From assembly GCF_006345805.1 (NCBI RefSeq), contig NC_043010.1:65658001-65722000 (forward strand): 64,000 nucleotides of DNA. Reading direction: 5' to 3'. A model generated the notes under the pieces. It made no database searches, was not told where the DNA came from, and saw only the letters and a program-made list of their open reading frames with translations. Origin of the DNA: Octopus sinensis. Lineage: Eukaryota. How positions within the stretch are numbered: position 1 is the stretch's first letter; each line of letters opens with the position of its first letter. The position numbers were made by a program, and so were the translations under genes. This document shows positions 63,246-64,000 of this stretch, one piece after another.

Positions 63246-63670
63246 TATATATAATATATATCATATAATGGGTTTCCAAGAAAGCTGGTGCAAATGTTTA
63301 CTACAAACTCAATAAACAATATGCTGCAGGCTTTTCTGTTAGTGATTTCCATTTCCTGGGTTAGTTGCCTTAACCATGTCTTAGAGTCCCAGCCACCCTG
63401 GTAGGCTAAATGCATACCCAAGCACCACACCAGAAATTTCTAAATCCTCACATACACGCACAGACATGCATCAATCGTGTAATTTGAAAGCTATGGGCCC
63501 TCTCTTAAGTTCATCTGCCTTTTGACAGTTCAGCCCACAGGGTATAAAAAAAAAAAAAAGCAATGTTTAGAGGTTTCTGTGAAAGCATTAAGATGTTTTT
63601 ACAATTTATTTATGTCAACATAAACATAAAGCCTAACTCGAGATTTAAACTAATTTTCTTTTTTCTTTAG

Positions 63671-63718
63671 GTTCCAGATTGTGATGAAAATTATGAAGAG
63701 TTTCCTTGCCAGATGCTG
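63671..63718 (+). CDS. Candidate 48-nt exon (phase 0): VPDCDENYEEFPCQML
   Basis: Strong acceptor ttttctttttttctttag, donor gtaagt. Confidence 0.75.
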
Positions 63719-64000
63719 GTAAGTTGGTGTTCTTCTGTTCAATATATATTTCTTTAATAACTGCCTTTTCTAAATGGATTTAGAAGATTCCTTCTGTAGT
63801 CTAAGACAGCAAGACTTGGTTTTGTGTTTGAAACTTTTGCCTGACTAACAAACTTGTTTAATTCTTCAAGCATTTCTAATATCTCTAACTGTGCTTCAAG
63901 TGCTATCTTCAGCTTTCGGATTAGAAAAACATAGACTTTGAAATGCGATGTAATGTCTTCTATCCAAGAATATATATTTTACTTTGCTGAATGCTTCCAT

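Overview
Eukaryotic, AT-rich, very repeat-dense window. The SINE families, RTE LINEs and microsatellite load look like a coleoid cephalopod (octopus-type) genome; this is an inference, not a database result. Almost all ORFs in the supplied track are microsatellite or repeat artefacts. Supported content: (1) five 39-51 nt in-frame exons of a + strand host gene between 42.6 and 63.7 kb, encoding an acidic-Tyr/Pro-rich segment; (2) many RTE LINE pieces, including a 5'-truncated copy with an open RT C-terminus at 58.5-60.1 kb, a PHD-like finger inside the RT and a tandemly expanded 3' UTR; (3) R4-like and CRE-like restriction-like-endonuclease retrotransposon remnants; (4) a DD37D Tc1/mariner remnant, Helitrons, mariner, piggyBac-like and hAT-like MITEs and a 620-bp foldback; (5) at least four tRNA-derived SINE families; (6) tandem arrays with 19/69-bp, 61-bp and 225-bp periods. 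The most notable signal, absent from the ORF track, is at least four distinct families of type-I hammerhead ribozyme motifs in short (TA)n- or (TAA)n-flanked elements resembling Penelope-like pLTRs. One is a complete canonical hammerhead (55221-55317, minus strand). Two families carry a CCGACGA (U4C) core, and all have palindromic stem III regions that suggest dimeric cleavage. No CRISPR array, rRNA or intact tRNA gene was found.
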